Origin: Halodesulfurarchaeum sp.
GTDB taxonomy: Archaea; Halobacteriota; Halobacteria; Halobacteriales; Halobacteriaceae
Direction of reading: 5' to 3'
Length of the DNA stretch: 64,000 bases
Assembly: GCA_034520565.1 (NCBI GenBank)
Contig: JAXHNL010000002.1
Span: 160,001 to 224,000 of the forward strand
This document shows, in pieces, positions 1-11,341 of the stretch. The notes beneath the pieces are model-generated. The model made no database searches. It saw only the letters and a program-made list of their open reading frames with translations, and was not told the origin of the DNA. The position numbers and the translations under genes were made by a program. Position 1 is the stretch's first letter. The number at the start of each line of letters is the position of its first letter.

Positions 1-81
1 GGTATCCGATGGGTAGCTCGCACTCCGATGCACAGTGGAGCGTACAGTGTATGAACCGCCCCAGCACGAGGTGTCCGTGAG

Positions 82-1286
82 ATGGCCGAGGACTATCCCA
101 CCCGACGGTGGGCGATCCTGGGCCTCGCCTGGGCAGTGTTCTTCTCGATGGCAATGGCGTGGTACATCATGCCAACACTCCAGCCGGATATCCTGAAGCT
201 GTACGGCATCACGGGCAGCCAATTCCAGCTCGCGTTGACAGTGCCGTTCGGCGTCGCGGCCGTGCTTTCGATTCCCGGCGGGATGCTTGCCGACCGACTC
301 GGGATCAAACGGGCCGCCAGTCTCGGAATGGCCATTTCGGGGCTGGGTTTCCTCGCTCGGTCCCAAACGGGCGGCTTCCCGGTGTTGATGGGCTCGATGC
401 TCCTGGTCGGGGTTGGACTCGGGATGGTGATGCCGAACCTCCCGAAGCTGGTCAGCATCTGGTTCCCGCCGAGCGAGACCGGGCTCGCCACCGGGATTTA
501 CAACACTGGACTGATGGGGGGCATCTCGACCGGGATGATCGTGGCCCCGTTCCTTCCCGGCTGGCAGACGGGAAACCTCCTGCTGGGCGGTATCGTCCTG
601 GTATTCACGGGTGGGTTCTTCGTTGTCGTCAGGGACACGCCACCGGAAAGGAACTCCCGCCAACGAATCTCGTCGAAGGGCTCCAGCACGCCGTTCGCAG
701 TAAGAATACGTGGGTCGCGGCGTTCGCGGTTTTCGCGGGGCTCGCCGGCATGGTCGCCATTCAGGGTGAACTGCCGGTCGCCCTCTTCGAGGAATACGGC
801 ATCGCCCCGGCCACGGGTGGACAGATCGCCTCGCTCATCACCTACGGGGGAATCCTGGGGTCGCTGACGATTCCGACGATCGCCACCAAGCTGGACCGCC
901 GGAAAGCCGTTCTCGTCACCGCAGCCGTCGGGTTCGGCGTCGTCGAGTTCCCGGTCTGGTTGACCGGCAACACCTCGATCCTGTTCATCGGGACCGCAGT
1001 CGCCGGGTACCTCGCCGGCGGGGCACTCCCGATCATCATGGAGGTCCCGACCTGGTTGCCCCGGGTCGAAAGCGATCCGGTCGAGGCACAGCACGTCGGC
1101 GGTGCCTCCGGCCTGATGACGGCAATGATGAACCTCGGAGGGTTCATCGGACTGCCGTTCATCGTGGGCCCGATCATCGACATGCAGGGCTACACGATCG
1201 GCTTCCTCGTCGCCATGATCATCTTCTCTTTCCAGGGCATCCTGGGCATCTTCTTCACGCTTCCCGAGTTGCACCCCGAAGAGTGA
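82..1286 (+). CDS. MFS transporter (CynX/NimT-like), split by a frameshift near 645
   Basis: The N-half in ORF 82..867 has MFS motif A (GMLADRLGIKR). The C-half is in ORF 108..1286 from GKELPPTNL onward. Adding one G in ccggaaag (643-650) joins them into one MFS-length protein. Confidence 0.8.
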
Positions 1287-1340
1287 TTCGAGCGTACCCG
1301 GTTGCGGCAGTTTTTTACCACGAGATTAGAAACGAATTGT

Positions 1341-2162
1341 ATGAACGGGATCGTCGCCTGCGAGACGTTCTATCCACACCTCGGCCGGATCGACCCGGAC
1401 GCGGAGGTCCGCTATATCCCCCAGTGGTACCACGAATTCCCCATTCACACCCCGGAATCGGAGCGTGCCCACGAGCTGCTCCAGGACCGAATCGACGAAC
1501 TCGAAGGAGAGGGCGTCGACCGGGTGACAGTGCTGTATTCCGACTCCGCTGCGCTCGAGGGGCTCGTCACCGAAACGGTGCCACTCCACGTCTATCGCGG
1601 CGGCGACTGCATCGAGATCTTCCTTTTCGGGGAGCCCAGGGGCCCGGGCGAGGAACGGAAGGACGGCGGCACGTACTACCTGACGAGGGGATGGATCGAC
1701 GTCGGCGTGGATTCCTACAAGGTGTATCACGCATACGCGGGAAAACTCGATGAACTGCGGGAGCGATTCGATCAGGCCGAACGGGCGGATCCCGAAATGC
1801 GAGTCTCGTGGCCGGAGAGCCAGAAAATCTCGCAGGCCGCCACACGGAGCGAGTCGATGCGAACCGATCCGGCTGCCATACTCCGGACCGTGATCGACGC
1901 CTACCGGCACGTCGTCCTGATCGATAACGGCGAATTGCAGCCGTTTCACCACGAGTACGCCGAGTCGTTCAGAACCTTCTTAGCCGAGACCATCCCGGAA
2001 GACGGCCCGAGAGACACGGATCTGACGGTCGTCGACGGCCAACTCGAGACGCTCCGAACGGTGCTCACGTCCCCCGATTCCGCGTCCGACGTGCTGACCC
2101 TGGAACCGGGCACGCCCGTCCCGAAGGAACCTGGATTCAGGCCGGGCCCCCAGCACCACTGA
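1341..2162 (+). CDS. DUF1638-domain protein (family often found near corrinoid methyltransferase genes)
   Basis: N-terminal GIVACETF, then DCIEIFL and GTYYLTRGWI motifs typical of DUF1638. ATG at 1341 preferred over the ORF-track start. Confidence 0.65.
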   Translation: MNGIVACETFYPHLGRIDPDAEVRYIPQWYHEFPIHTPESERAHELLQDRIDELEGEGVDRVTVLYSDSAALEGLVTETVPLHVYRGGDCIEIFLFGEPRGPGEERKDGGTYYLTRGWIDVGVDSYKVYHAYAGKLDELRERFDQAERADPEMRVSWPESQKISQAATRSESMRTDPAAILRTVIDAYRHVVLIDNGELQPFHHEYAESFRTFLAETIPEDGPRDTDLTVVDGQLETLRTVLTSPDSASDVLTLEPGTPVPKEPGFRPGPQHH

Positions 2163-2169
2163 GCGGACG

Positions 2170-2188
2170 CGTTCGGTAAAGACGAACG
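2170..2188. promoter_or_regulatory. Palindrome upstream of the IclR gene, possible autoregulatory operator
   Basis: CGTTCG-GTAAAGA-CGAACG, a perfect 6-bp inverted repeat about 105 bp upstream of the IclR ATG. The function is inferred. Confidence 0.35.
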
Positions 2189-2292
2189 GTTTTGGCAGGG
2201 CATGACATCGACTTCCGGTGTCGATACCACCGCCAAACAGGCCCAAAACCGACCGGGGGAACGCTTTTCATCCAGCCACGAGAGGAACAAAT

Positions 2293-3078
2293 ATGGCTCA
2301 CGCACCCATCGGAGCTGTCGACCGCCTGTTCGACATCATCGAAACGATTCAGGTGCGAGACGGGGCCGGCGTCTCGGAACTGGCCGAAGAGTTGGACATG
2401 GCAAAAAGCACGGTGCATGGCCACCTCGCGACGCTCAAAGAACGGGGGTACCTCGTCCAGGACGAAGCAAGTCGGTACCACCTCAGTCTCACGTTTCTCA
2501 CCCTCGGCGGCGCCGTTCGACAGGTACGAACGATCTACAGCCACGTCGAACCGCTCCTCGCGGAAATCGCCAGCGAAACTGGAGAGAGCGTGAATTACGT
2601 GATCGAGTCCCAGGGGAAAATGACCTTCGTCGGGTCGGTTCTCGGCGAGGAGGGAATCAGGACGGAGGTCGACGTCGGCTTTCGGACCGATCTCCATACG
2701 ACGCCGGAGGGGAAGTTGGTCCTCGCCCACCTCCCCGCGTCCCGGCGACGGGAGTTACTCGACGAGATCGAGTTTCCCATCGGTAACTCGGTCGGGCGAG
2801 CTGCATTTACGGCCGAACTCGACGAGATCCGGGAGGCAGGCATCGCCTACGGAAACGAGACCATCGTCAAAAACGTCTCCACGGTCTCGGTTCCGGTGAT
2901 CGACAACGAGGACATCTTCTACGGGGCGATCGTGGTGGCCGGCCCCTCACTGCGATTCACGCAGGATCGCGTCGAGTCGATCAAAGAGACGCTCCAGTAC
3001 AAGGTCGGAAAACTGAACATCGACCTCACGTACGAAACTCAGGAGTCGGTCGTCGAAAACCGTCTCGAGACCCAATAA
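2293..3078 (+). CDS. IclR-family transcriptional regulator
   Basis: HTH GVSELAEELDMAKSTVHGHLATL and an IclR effector domain (LHTTPEGKLVLA, GAIVVAGPSLRF). Confidence 0.9.
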   Translation: MAHAPIGAVDRLFDIIETIQVRDGAGVSELAEELDMAKSTVHGHLATLKERGYLVQDEASRYHLSLTFLTLGGAVRQVRTIYSHVEPLLAEIASETGESVNYVIESQGKMTFVGSVLGEEGIRTEVDVGFRTDLHTTPEGKLVLAHLPASRRRELLDEIEFPIGNSVGRAAFTAELDEIREAGIAYGNETIVKNVSTVSVPVIDNEDIFYGAIVVAGPSLRFTQDRVESIKETLQYKVGKLNIDLTYETQESVVENRLETQ

Positions 3079-3173
3079 TCGCGAAGTACATATTTCCTAA
3101 CAACCGTAATGTCGTTACGAAATACCCATACGACCGGTATCTTCTTGTAAGCCGCGACAGTGGTCCCGACATA

Positions 3174-5097
3174 ATGGTTCAATCGACCGCGGAACGACCG
3201 CAAATCGACGTCTCCGTGGAAAACATCGGCGGCATCTCCGAAACCGAGGTCAGTCTCCCGGCAGGGGTCAGCGTCCTCGAAGGGGAAAACGCGACGAACA
3301 GGACCTCGTTTCTCCAGGCGATCATGGGCGCGCTCGGAAGCGACCAGCCTTCCCTGAAGGCTGACGCGGATTCGGGGCGGGTTGAACTGCAGATCGGCGA
3401 AGAAACCTACACCCGAGCGTTCGAACGGACGGGGACCGGGGTCAGAACGAGTGGCGACCCCTATCTCGAGGATCCGACACCCGCCGATACCTTTGCGTTC
3501 CTTCTCGAGGAGAACCCCGCGCGGCAGGCGGTCGTCCGTCGGACAGATCTCAGATCGGTCATCATGGAGCCGATCGACACGACGGCGATTCGGGCCGAAA
3601 TCACGCAGAAGCAGGCCCGAAAGCGCAAACTCGACGAGCGGTTGGCCGAACTCGACTCGCTCAGAAACGAGCGGCCCACACTCACCGAGGAAGCCACCCG
3701 GCTCGAGACGGAACTCGCGGAGAAGCGCGATGAACTCCAATCGGTCCGCGAGGAGATCGAGGGGGCCGAAGTGGACCTCTCGGAGACGAAAGAGACGAAA
3801 GAGGCGATGGAATCGGCCCTCGAGGAGGTCCAGCGGCTCCGCTCGGAACATGCGTCCGTCACGGATCGTTTGGCGGCAGAGCGGGAGAGTCTCGCCGCCG
3901 CACGATCGGAGCGGGAGGAGTTAGCCGCCGAACTCGAATCGGCGCCGGAAGCAGTGGCGGACCGGCGAAACGAGATCGAAGGGCGGATTTCGACGCTCCG
4001 CAGCGAGCAGTCCCGGCTCGAATCCACGGTGAGTGAACTCCAGAACCTCGTGCAGTTCAACGAAGACCTCCTTGAGGGCGAGCCAGGGGCTCTCGCAGAT
4101 CTCCGGGAAACCGGGGACGCCGTGACGGATCAGCTGGTCGGTTCGGATTCGGTGACCTGCTGGACCTGCGGATCGGTGGTCGAACGCTCACAGATCACCG
4201 AGACTGTCGAACGGCTCCGCGAGCTTCGGGCCGACAAACTCGACCGGACGAGTGCGATCGAGACGGAGATCGGAGAGCTGACCTCGGAGGTCGAAACCCT
4301 CGATCGGCGCCGGGAGAAACGCCAGGAACTCGAAGCCGAACTCGATTCGATCGACCGGGAGATCACGTCCCGATCGGCGACCATCGACGATCTCGAGGAC
4401 AAACGAGAACGCCTCGAAGCGGAGGTGGAAGCAGCGGAGGCGGACCTCGAGTCCCGGGAGTTCGCCAGCCGGCACGACGAACTCCTCGAACTCCATCAGC
4501 GAGCCAACCGGCTCGAACTCGAAGTCGAACGACTCGAGTCCGAAGCGGGCGGACGTCGAATCCGAACTCGAATCGATCGAGGAGCGCCTCGACCGACAGG
4601 CCGATCTGGCGGCCGAGCGCGAAACGGTTACCGAGGAACTCACCGAATTGCGGACCCGCGTCGAGCGGATCGAGGCCGAGGCCGTCGAGGAGTTCAACGA
4701 TCGGATCGCGGAAATCCTCGAGATCATGGGGTATTCGAACATCGCCCGGATCTGGATCGAGCGCACGGAGGGAGGAACCGGGGACGAATCCACGTTCCAG
4801 CTCCACGTCGTCCGGAACGATTCCTCGGGGATTGCCTACGAGGACACGATCGACCACCTCAGCGAGAGCGAGCGCGAGGTGACCGGGCTCGTCTTCGCCC
4901 TGGCCGGGTACCTCGTCCACGAGGTGAGCGAGACGGTGCCGTTCATGCTGCTAGATTCCGTCGAGGCGCTCGACAGCGAGCGGATCGCCCACCTCGTCGA
5001 GTACTTCGAGGACCACGTCCCGTACCTCGTCGTCGCCCTGCTCCCGGAGGACGCCCGGGCGCTGGACGATCGCCATCACCGCATCACGGAGATCTGA
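3174..5097 (+). CDS. sph3: Archaea-specific SMC-related coiled-coil protein (Sph3-like), frameshift near 4543
   Basis: N-terminal ENIGGI and degenerate Walker A GENATNRTS, long coiled coil, CWTC zinc hook. The C-terminal LSESERE signature and MLLDSVEALD Walker B lie in ORF 4648..5097. One extra A in cgaagcgg breaks the frame. Confidence 0.8.
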
Positions 5098-5100
5098 TCG

Positions 5101-5709
5101 ATGACCGAGGACGGACCCGGTCCGGGTCGCCCCAGCAAGGTCGCCCGCGTCATCGAGACGTACGATCTCGATGGATTGGGAGCGGAACTCGAGGCGGCAT
5201 GGACCGCACCCGAAAGCGAACGGCAGAGCCTCCGCGAGCTGGCCGAACTGGTCAATCGCCGCGTCGTTCGATCAGTTCTCGAACGGGCGGGCGACCGACC
5301 GTTACCGGGCGAGATCACGACGGTCGTCGAAGCCCTCGCCGGGGAAACCGACCGTGCGACCGAGCGGGACGTGGCGAATAGGCTCGAGAATCTCGGTCTG
5401 GAAAAACCGGAATTGGTGGGGGACATGGTCTCCTACCAGGCCGTCAGGACCTACCTGCAAAGCGTTCGCGGCGCCGAGTACGAGCCCCCGCCGAACGATC
5501 CGACGGAATCGGCCCGGGATCGCATCCAGGGGTTGCAAGGCCGCCTCCGGGCCGTGACCAAGGGCCAGCTCGACGGGCTGGCCGAACGGGACGAGATCTC
5601 GCTGGGCGCGTCTCGAGTCCTCGTTCAGGTCCAGGTCTACTGCGAGGACTGTGGCCGTCAGTTCGACGTGGACGAACTACTCGAGCGGGGCGGCTGTGAC
5701 TGCGAGTAA
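5101..5709 (+). CDS. rdfA: Rod-determining factor RdfA
   Basis: SKVARVIETYDLDGLGAELEAAWT, VSYQAVRTYL and C-terminal CEDCG...GGCDCE. Lies directly after the Sph3-like gene, as in other haloarchaea. Confidence 0.8.
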   Translation: MTEDGPGPGRPSKVARVIETYDLDGLGAELEAAWTAPESERQSLRELAELVNRRVVRSVLERAGDRPLPGEITTVVEALAGETDRATERDVANRLENLGLEKPELVGDMVSYQAVRTYLQSVRGAEYEPPPNDPTESARDRIQGLQGRLRAVTKGQLDGLAERDEISLGASRVLVQVQVYCEDCGRQFDVDELLERGGCDCE

Positions 5710-5767
5710 CCGAATTTGCGACCAGTTGTACTATCGTTCGGATATTCCCCCTCCCCCTTGGACAGAA

Positions 5768-5905
5768 ATGGTTTTTGGCAAAAGACAGACGCCCGTACGA
5801 GTGGTTGCCTATTGTGAGGAATGTGGCCGTTCGACTCCAGACCCACCCGCACCGATTCAAGAGCGATGGGAGGGGAGACCCACCACAGCCAGGCGCGTGT
5901 TCTGA
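5768..5905 (+). CDS. Possible small CxxCG protein or gene remnant (45 aa)
   Basis: MVFGKRQTPVRVVAYCEECGRS has only one CxxCG knuckle and lies in lower-GC DNA. Confidence 0.25.
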   Translation: MVFGKRQTPVRVVAYCEECGRSTPDPPAPIQERWEGRPTTARRVF

Positions 5906-6183
5906 AATTCCTGATACAGCCCATACCTCCCTGCATTCGATTCCATTTCGTCCAACAGGTTGATCCCCTCTACAGACATCTTAGAACGCCACTTGATCAG
6001 CTGCTATTTCAACTGGAAAGAGACAAATTCTCACAACGTATCGGGGGGGGAAACACTCCGTGATAGGATTTATATCCGTAAAATTAAAATTAGTTGTCAC
6101 ATATTTTATGTGCTGATGAGTTCCAAACGAAACAAGGGATGTGGTCCCCGAAGCTGGTGCTGCACCATTCAGTATATCCCCCC

Positions 6184-7515
6184 TCACTTACACAGTGCCG
6201 ACTCGACGACCTCGAGTGGATGGCGGATCTCGTAGCCCGTCCCGTGTTCCATCTGGGACGCGCAGGTCGGACACTCGGTGAGTCCGGTCTCGCCCGGCAC
6301 CTGTTCCATGTGCTCGAACATGTCCGCCCCGATTGCCATCGAGGTCTCGTAGTGCTCGTCCTTCCAGCCGTAGGTCCCCGAAATTCCCGAGCAGGAGTCG
6401 CCCACGTCCGCCGCCTCAACGCCGGCGAGGTCCGCGAAGAGTTCGACCGGCTGGCCGTCGAGTCCCTGGTCCCGTGCGTGACAGGGGGCGTGGTAGGCGA
6501 GGGCTCCGTATGCTGCCTCGCTCACCTCGGCCGCCGCGAGTTCGTCGGCCACGTCGGTCTTCGTCCGGAGGAATTCGAGTGCCTCCCACGTGTTCTCGGC
6601 CAGGGTTTCGATTCCCGACAGCTCGAACAGCTCCGAATACTCCTGGCGCAACGCCATCGAGCAGGACGTACAGCTCGTGATGACGCTGTACCCCGCTTCG
6701 ACCGCGTCGCCCAGGGAATCGACGTTCACCGCGGCGTGCCGGCGGGCGTCCGCGAGCATTCCGTTGGCGAACATGGGCGTGCCCGAACACCGCTGTTCGG
6801 GGACGACGACCTCGTATCCGAAGTGCTCGAAGACCCGGACCATCGCCTTTCCCACCTCCGGCGTGTTGTAGTTGGCATAGCAGCCGTGGAAGTAGGCGAC
6901 TTTCAGGTCCGCGTCCGGATCGTGCCCCAGCCGTTCGCGACGTTCGCGAGCTCGGACCCTCGATTCAGCAGCACCACCGCGGCCCTCCCACCACTCCCTG
7001 AAGGTCTCGGTCGCGAATTCGGGGAACTCCCGTTCCGCCGTGACACCCAGCGTACGGTCGAGGAGCCACCGAACCGGGCCGAATCCCATGACGGCGTTTG
7101 CCAACCGTGGCAGCTTGCTGGCCAGCCAGGCGGAGGTTCGATAGTTCGCGAGCAGTCGGTTGCGCCAGTAGGTCCGGCTCAACTTCGAGAGATCGCTCCG
7201 CACGTATTCGGCGCGGGCCTCGTTGTGCATCTCTGAGAGGGGAACGTCCGAGGGACAGGACGAATCACACCGCATACAGTTCGAGCACTCCATGATCGAG
7301 GGATCGATCGACGGCTCCCCGTCCCGGGAGAGACGCCACTGCTCTGGCCCCTGAAATTTCGGCCCCGGAAACGAGTCCTCGACGGCCGCGACCGGGCAGT
7401 TCGTATCGCAGGTCGAACAAGCGTAGCAGTCATCCGAGCCCGGTCGGAGATCGACCCGATCGCCGGACGTATCGATGGGACCGATCCCCGGTTCGGGTGG
7501 CTGCGAATCGCTCAT
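6184..7515 (-). CDS. glpC: Anaerobic glycerol-3-phosphate dehydrogenase subunit C
   Basis: Two 4Fe-4S motifs (CYACSTCDTNCP, CSNCMRCDSSCP), FPGPKFQGPEQWR and CCG-type domains. Confidence 0.93.
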   Translation of the reverse strand: MSDSQPPEPGIGPIDTSGDRVDLRPGSDDCYACSTCDTNCPVAAVEDSFPGPKFQGPEQWRLSRDGEPSIDPSIMECSNCMRCDSSCPSDVPLSEMHNEARAEYVRSDLSKLSRTYWRNRLLANYRTSAWLASKLPRLANAVMGFGPVRWLLDRTLGVTAEREFPEFATETFREWWEGRGGAAESRVRARERRERLGHDPDADLKVAYFHGCYANYNTPEVGKAMVRVFEHFGYEVVVPEQRCSGTPMFANGMLADARRHAAVNVDSLGDAVEAGYSVITSCTSCSMALRQEYSELFELSGIETLAENTWEALEFLRTKTDVADELAAAEVSEAAYGALAYHAPCHARDQGLDGQPVELFADLAGVEAADVGDSCSGISGTYGWKDEHYETSMAIGADMFEHMEQVPGETGLTECPTCASQMEHGTGYEIRHPLEVVESALCK

Positions 7516-8762
7516 GTCGCCTCCTCCCCCGCCAGACGGCCGGCGAGTGCTCCAGTCGCGAGACTGATTCCGGTTCCGGAACCCGAGGCGGCAAAATCGA
7601 ACCCACCAATGACGCTGCCGGCGGCCCGGAGGTTCTCAAACTCCGGCACCCCCGCCGCCGACCGGGGTTTGAGCTGCTGGTCGACGGAAACGCCGAACCG
7701 AGCGTAGGGCTGCTCGCCGTACCGGTCCGCGACGGACCAGTGTGTCCGGTCGTCCGGGACCGGAACGTGGCAGTCGAACACCGGCTCCCGAACGGCCTCC
7801 CGATCGGCTTCGAGTCCGGTGCCCACGAACCCTCCGGTGGCGAGCACGAACGAGGACGCGGTGTGGGGAATCCGCTGGCCGTTCCGGTTCACCGTGACTG
7901 ACGTGATCCTGTCCTCGTCAGCTTCGAAATCGACGACGGCGTTCTGGACGACGGCCACGCCCGCCTCGCGCAGCGCACGCCGAAACAGCGTCTCGAGACG
8001 GATTCCTGGCAGGCTCGGTGGGCCCGTCGGCACCTCGAACACGTCCGCATCGAGGGTGGTGGCAAGTTCGGTGAGGATCTCCCCGGCGCCCGTCGGTACG
8101 GAGCACGGCCGGGAGCCCCAATTCGCGGCTCGCCACGGTGGTGGGTCGTGATCTGGTCGGCGAGTTCGGCTCGAGCGTCCCCGTCGTCGATATCGAGTGC
8201 ATGGGCGTACCGAGCTCGCCTTCCTCGCATCCGCCTGGAAGTCGAGTGGAAAGTCCACGGTTACCCCACGGGTCTCGAAAGGAACGCCTGCAGCCGCCAG
8301 GTGGGCCGCGGCGGAGGGGGCGTCGAAGTCCACCAACCCCTTGAACCCGACCAGCAACACGTCCCGGTCGTCGCTCGCGAGGCCCGGGGCGACGCTGGCC
8401 GGGTAGCGGGCAGTCGGTTTGACTGTCCCGCCGTGAGTCGGGACGAGCGCGTTGCGGTCGGTGTGGCCACCTCGATAGGCGTCACCCGTAACCGCGTCGA
8501 ACCGCCGCAAGCCCGCTCTGAGGCCTGCCTCGCCGACGATCGAATAGGGGTGTTCGGCGGGGAGCGTGTCGATTTCCTCGAAGGGATTCGCCACGAGGTC
8601 CCCGTCCACGTACCCGAGAACGTCGGCGAGGCCGGTCGCCTGGCGGAGCGTACTTTGCTTTTTCCTCGCCAATCGCACGGAGGCCCCTTCCTCGGCCGCA
8701 GCGAGCGCGGCGGTCATGCCGGCGATCCCTCCGACGACGAAGACGTCGTCCTCAATCGCCAC
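7512..8762 (-). CDS. glpB: Anaerobic glycerol-3-phosphate dehydrogenase subunit B, with an internally frameshifted segment (about 8090-8215)
   Basis: [15 protein letters not shown] start, [27 protein letters not shown] and [10 protein letters not shown]. The middle of the protein is scrambled across three frames. Confidence 0.85.
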   Translation of the reverse strand: MAIEDDVFVVGGIAGMTAALAAAEEGASVRLARKKQSTLRQATGLADVLGYVDGDLVANPFEEIDTLPAEHPYSIVGEAGLRAGLRRFDAVTGDAYRGGHTDRNALVPTHGGTVKPTARYPASVAPGLASDDRDVLLVGFKGLVDFDAPSAAAHLAAAGVPFETRGVTVDFPLDFQADARKASSVRPCTRYRRRGRSSRTRRPDHDPPPWRAANWGSRPCSVPTGAGEILTELATTLDADVFEVPTGPPSLPGIRLETLFRRALREAGVAVVQNAVVDFEADEDRITSVTVNRNGQRIPHTASSFVLATGGFVGTGLEADREAVREPVFDCHVPVPDDRTHWSVADRYGEQPYARFGVSVDQQLKPRSAAGVPEFENLRAAGSVIGGFDFAASGSGTGISLATGALAGRLAGEEAT

Positions 8763-10467
8763 GGCGATCACCCGGATTGGGGTCGACCGGCTCATCGCCG
8801 GACCCGTCGTCGAACGCCGCCCAATCGACGAATTCGCCGGTGCGGGCCGGATCCCGATCCTCGTTCATCGTGGTTCGAAAGTGCGCGTCGTTCAGCATGA
8901 CCTGGGCGAGCTGGGTTCCCCAGAGCGCGTGGCGCTGGCCCTTCCACCGCTCTGCACGGAGTTCATCGAGCGCTTCACGAGCCGTTTGCTCGTCGTACTC
9001 CCGGTGCAATTCGGCGGCAAGACGATGTCCACAGCGACCGCCCTGACAGTTCCCCATCGAGGCCCGAGTGCGGATTCTGACCGCGTTCAAGTCCGAGCCC
9101 ACCCCCTCGATGGCGTCCTGGATCTCCGCCCGGGTCACCGCCTCACAGTTACAGACGACCGGGTTCGGGTCTACGTCGGCCAGGACGGCCTCGGTCCGGG
9201 ATCCCAGCCGCTCGGTGCTCCGTCGGGCGACGGGCGATCGGAGGCCGAAGCGGTCCATCGCTTTGTCCAGGTCGCCGGGGCGTTCGCTTCCCGGGAGCGG
9301 TACAGAAGCCGTGTCGCTCGTCGCTTCGACCCCCAGTTTCTCGCAGACGTGATCCCCGACTACCTCGGCCATCAGCCGGTAGGTGGTGAGTTTGCCGCCG
9401 ACAATGGTCGTCAGGCCTGCCGTGTCGTCCCGGGTCTCGTGGTCGAGGACGAAGTAGTCCCGGGTGATGTCACTGGAATCGGCCGTGCCGGTTTCCGGCG
9501 GCTCGTAGAGCGGCCTGACGCCCCAGTAAGAGCGAACGGTCCGGGCGTCCCGAATCCCAGGAACGAGTTCGCTCAACTCCGCGATCAGGAGATCGACCTC
9601 CCACTGGGCTTCCGGGTAGGCGTCGGGATCATCCACCTCCACGTCGGTCGTTCCCAGGATCGCTGTCGTCTCGTGTGGGACGACGATATCGGCGTCGCCC
9701 TTGGGCCGGCAGCGGTTGATGACGGTGTCGACGGGACGAGAGTTGAGCACCGTCATGGCCCCCTTCGACGGGCGGACGGCGACGTCGATAGCTGCAAATC
9801 CCGCGATCTGTCCGGCCCAGGCGCCAGCGGCGTTGACGACGTGGTCCGCCCGGATCTCTTCGAGTTCGTCGTTCGTCTCTTCCACGCCGTGACCCGGTTT
9901 CGGCTCGTGAGCGACGACGGCTCCGACGACCGCCTCGTCTTCCACAACGAGATCGACGACCTCGGCGTGGGTGAGAATGCGAGCCCCGTTCTCCTCCGCG
10001 TCGACGGCGTTTGCCACGCAGAGTCGGAAGGGATCGATGGCTGCGTCCGGGACGGTGATCGCCCGTTCCACGGCCGGATCGAGTGCCGGTTCGACCGCTC
10101 TCGCTTCCTCGCCGGACATGACTTCGACCGGAATTCCACAGTCCCGACACGCGGCCACCTTCCGCTCGAAGTACGCCCCGGAGTCCTCCGTTCGCTTCAC
10201 GAAGAGGCCGCCGGTATCCTCGATGCAATGGCCCGCGATGTCACGGAGGATCCGATTTTCCGCGATGCACTCCCTGGCGCTCTCCGGGTCGGAGACGGCA
10301 TAGCGGGCGCCGGAGTGGAGCAGGCCGTGCATCCGGCCGGTCGTCCCACTGGCGAGCGTGCCAGATTCAACGAGGGCCGCGTCGACGCCACGACGGGCGA
10401 GATCGCGAACGAGGCCGGTGCCAGTCGACCCGCCCCCGATCACGAGGACCGCCGTGGAGTGTGCCAT
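8752..10467 (-). CDS. glpA: Anaerobic glycerol-3-phosphate dehydrogenase subunit A
   Basis: [40 protein letters not shown] and a C-terminal BFD-like CNCE...GNCQGGRC. Confidence 0.95.
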   Translation of the reverse strand: MAHSTAVLVIGGGSTGTGLVRDLARRGVDAALVESGTLASGTTGRMHGLLHSGARYAVSDPESARECIAENRILRDIAGHCIEDTGGLFVKRTEDSGAYFERKVAACRDCGIPVEVMSGEEARAVEPALDPAVERAITVPDAAIDPFRLCVANAVDAEENGARILTHAEVVDLVVEDEAVVGAVVAHEPKPGHGVEETNDELEEIRADHVVNAAGAWAGQIAGFAAIDVAVRPSKGAMTVLNSRPVDTVINRCRPKGDADIVVPHETTAILGTTDVEVDDPDAYPEAQWEVDLLIAELSELVPGIRDARTVRSYWGVRPLYEPPETGTADSSDITRDYFVLDHETRDDTAGLTTIVGGKLTTYRLMAEVVGDHVCEKLGVEATSDTASVPLPGSERPGDLDKAMDRFGLRSPVARRSTERLGSRTEAVLADVDPNPVVCNCEAVTRAEIQDAIEGVGSDLNAVRIRTRASMGNCQGGRCGHRLAAELHREYDEQTAREALDELRAERWKGQRHALWGTQLAQVMLNDAHFRTTMNEDRDPARTGEFVDWAAFDDGSGDEPVDPNPGDRRGD

Positions 10468-10611
10468 TCGTTCGTGTGCACTCTGTTCGTGTTCTCCCTT
10501 AAGGTTACGCAAGCCGGTGTCGTCCGGGGATCGGAGCCACCGTTTCTCCCCGGCCGGTCCGGGCACGACCGGACGAACGTTTAACAGGTCCGGAGGGATA
10601 CTCACGAGAAA

Positions 10612-10920
10612 ATGGCGACCCAGGCCGTCTTCTTTGACGACGAGTTCGACGTCGTCCTGGCGGACGACGACGTCGACGGGGAGTCAAAGCCCAGCCCAGT
10701 CCCCTACCGTCTGGCGGCGGAATCGATCGGTATCGAACCCGCAACCGCCATCGCGGTCGAAGACTCCCATCATGGCGTCGAGTCGGCCGTCCGGGCGGGA
10801 ATGGAGTGCATTGCACTTTGCGGGGCCGGCAACCGCGAGTCGGACATGTCTGCAGCCGACGCGATCGTCGAAGATGCGGCGGCGCTCCGGAAGTTGCTCG
10901 AGGCACGGTTCTCGAGTTGA
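10612..10920 (+). pseudogene. HAD-superfamily hydrolase with an internal deletion
   Basis: Starts MATQAVFFD and runs straight into [10 protein letters not shown]...SKPSPVPY and AVEDSHHGVESAVRAGM. The DGVL part of motif I, the cap domain and motif II are missing. Confidence 0.6.
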
Positions 10921-11341
10921 GTGACGATCATCAGCTCAGGACAAAACACTCAGTCAAAGTGAACCTCCAGTGTGAGCCCGTCTTCCCTCATTCCCCGTGA
11001 GTTATCAAATTATTTCTCCGAGCGATTTCATAATTTTACAAAATAGATTTATTTTAGTTAATAACCAACCAATTTAGTTAATTTCAAATTATCCAGTAAA
11101 AGTATAGTTTATTCGATTTTAATCCTGTTTTTCGTTATCTTTCCAAATATATCATTGATTTATTTCCATAATTACATTTAAAATTGGTTATTGTCGATAC
11201 AGTATTAAGTTAGATGCTATATGTATCTGAAGTCATATTATTTAATTATTCAGTCATATATATAATTTGAACACAATAAATTCCGTCCTCGTCACCGGCC
11301 CCATCGGTGAACTTTAAGAGGTGTCACAGCGTGGATCGCCT

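Noticed and set aside
640-4550. Programmed ribosomal frameshifting in the MFS and sph3 genes
   Set aside because: No slippery heptamers. Scattered single-base indels in unrelated genes fit sequencing error better.
3174-5709. SMC-based defence system (Wadjet/Lamassu-like)
   Set aside because: The SMC-like protein has the degenerate motifs of the haloarchaeal Sph family and is paired with rdfA. No nuclease or effector gene is adjacent.
5990-6120. Replication origin (ORB-like ttcaactggaaa, G-string, AT-rich tract)
   Set aside because: Only one weak match, no inverted ORB pair and no adjacent orc1/cdc6 gene.
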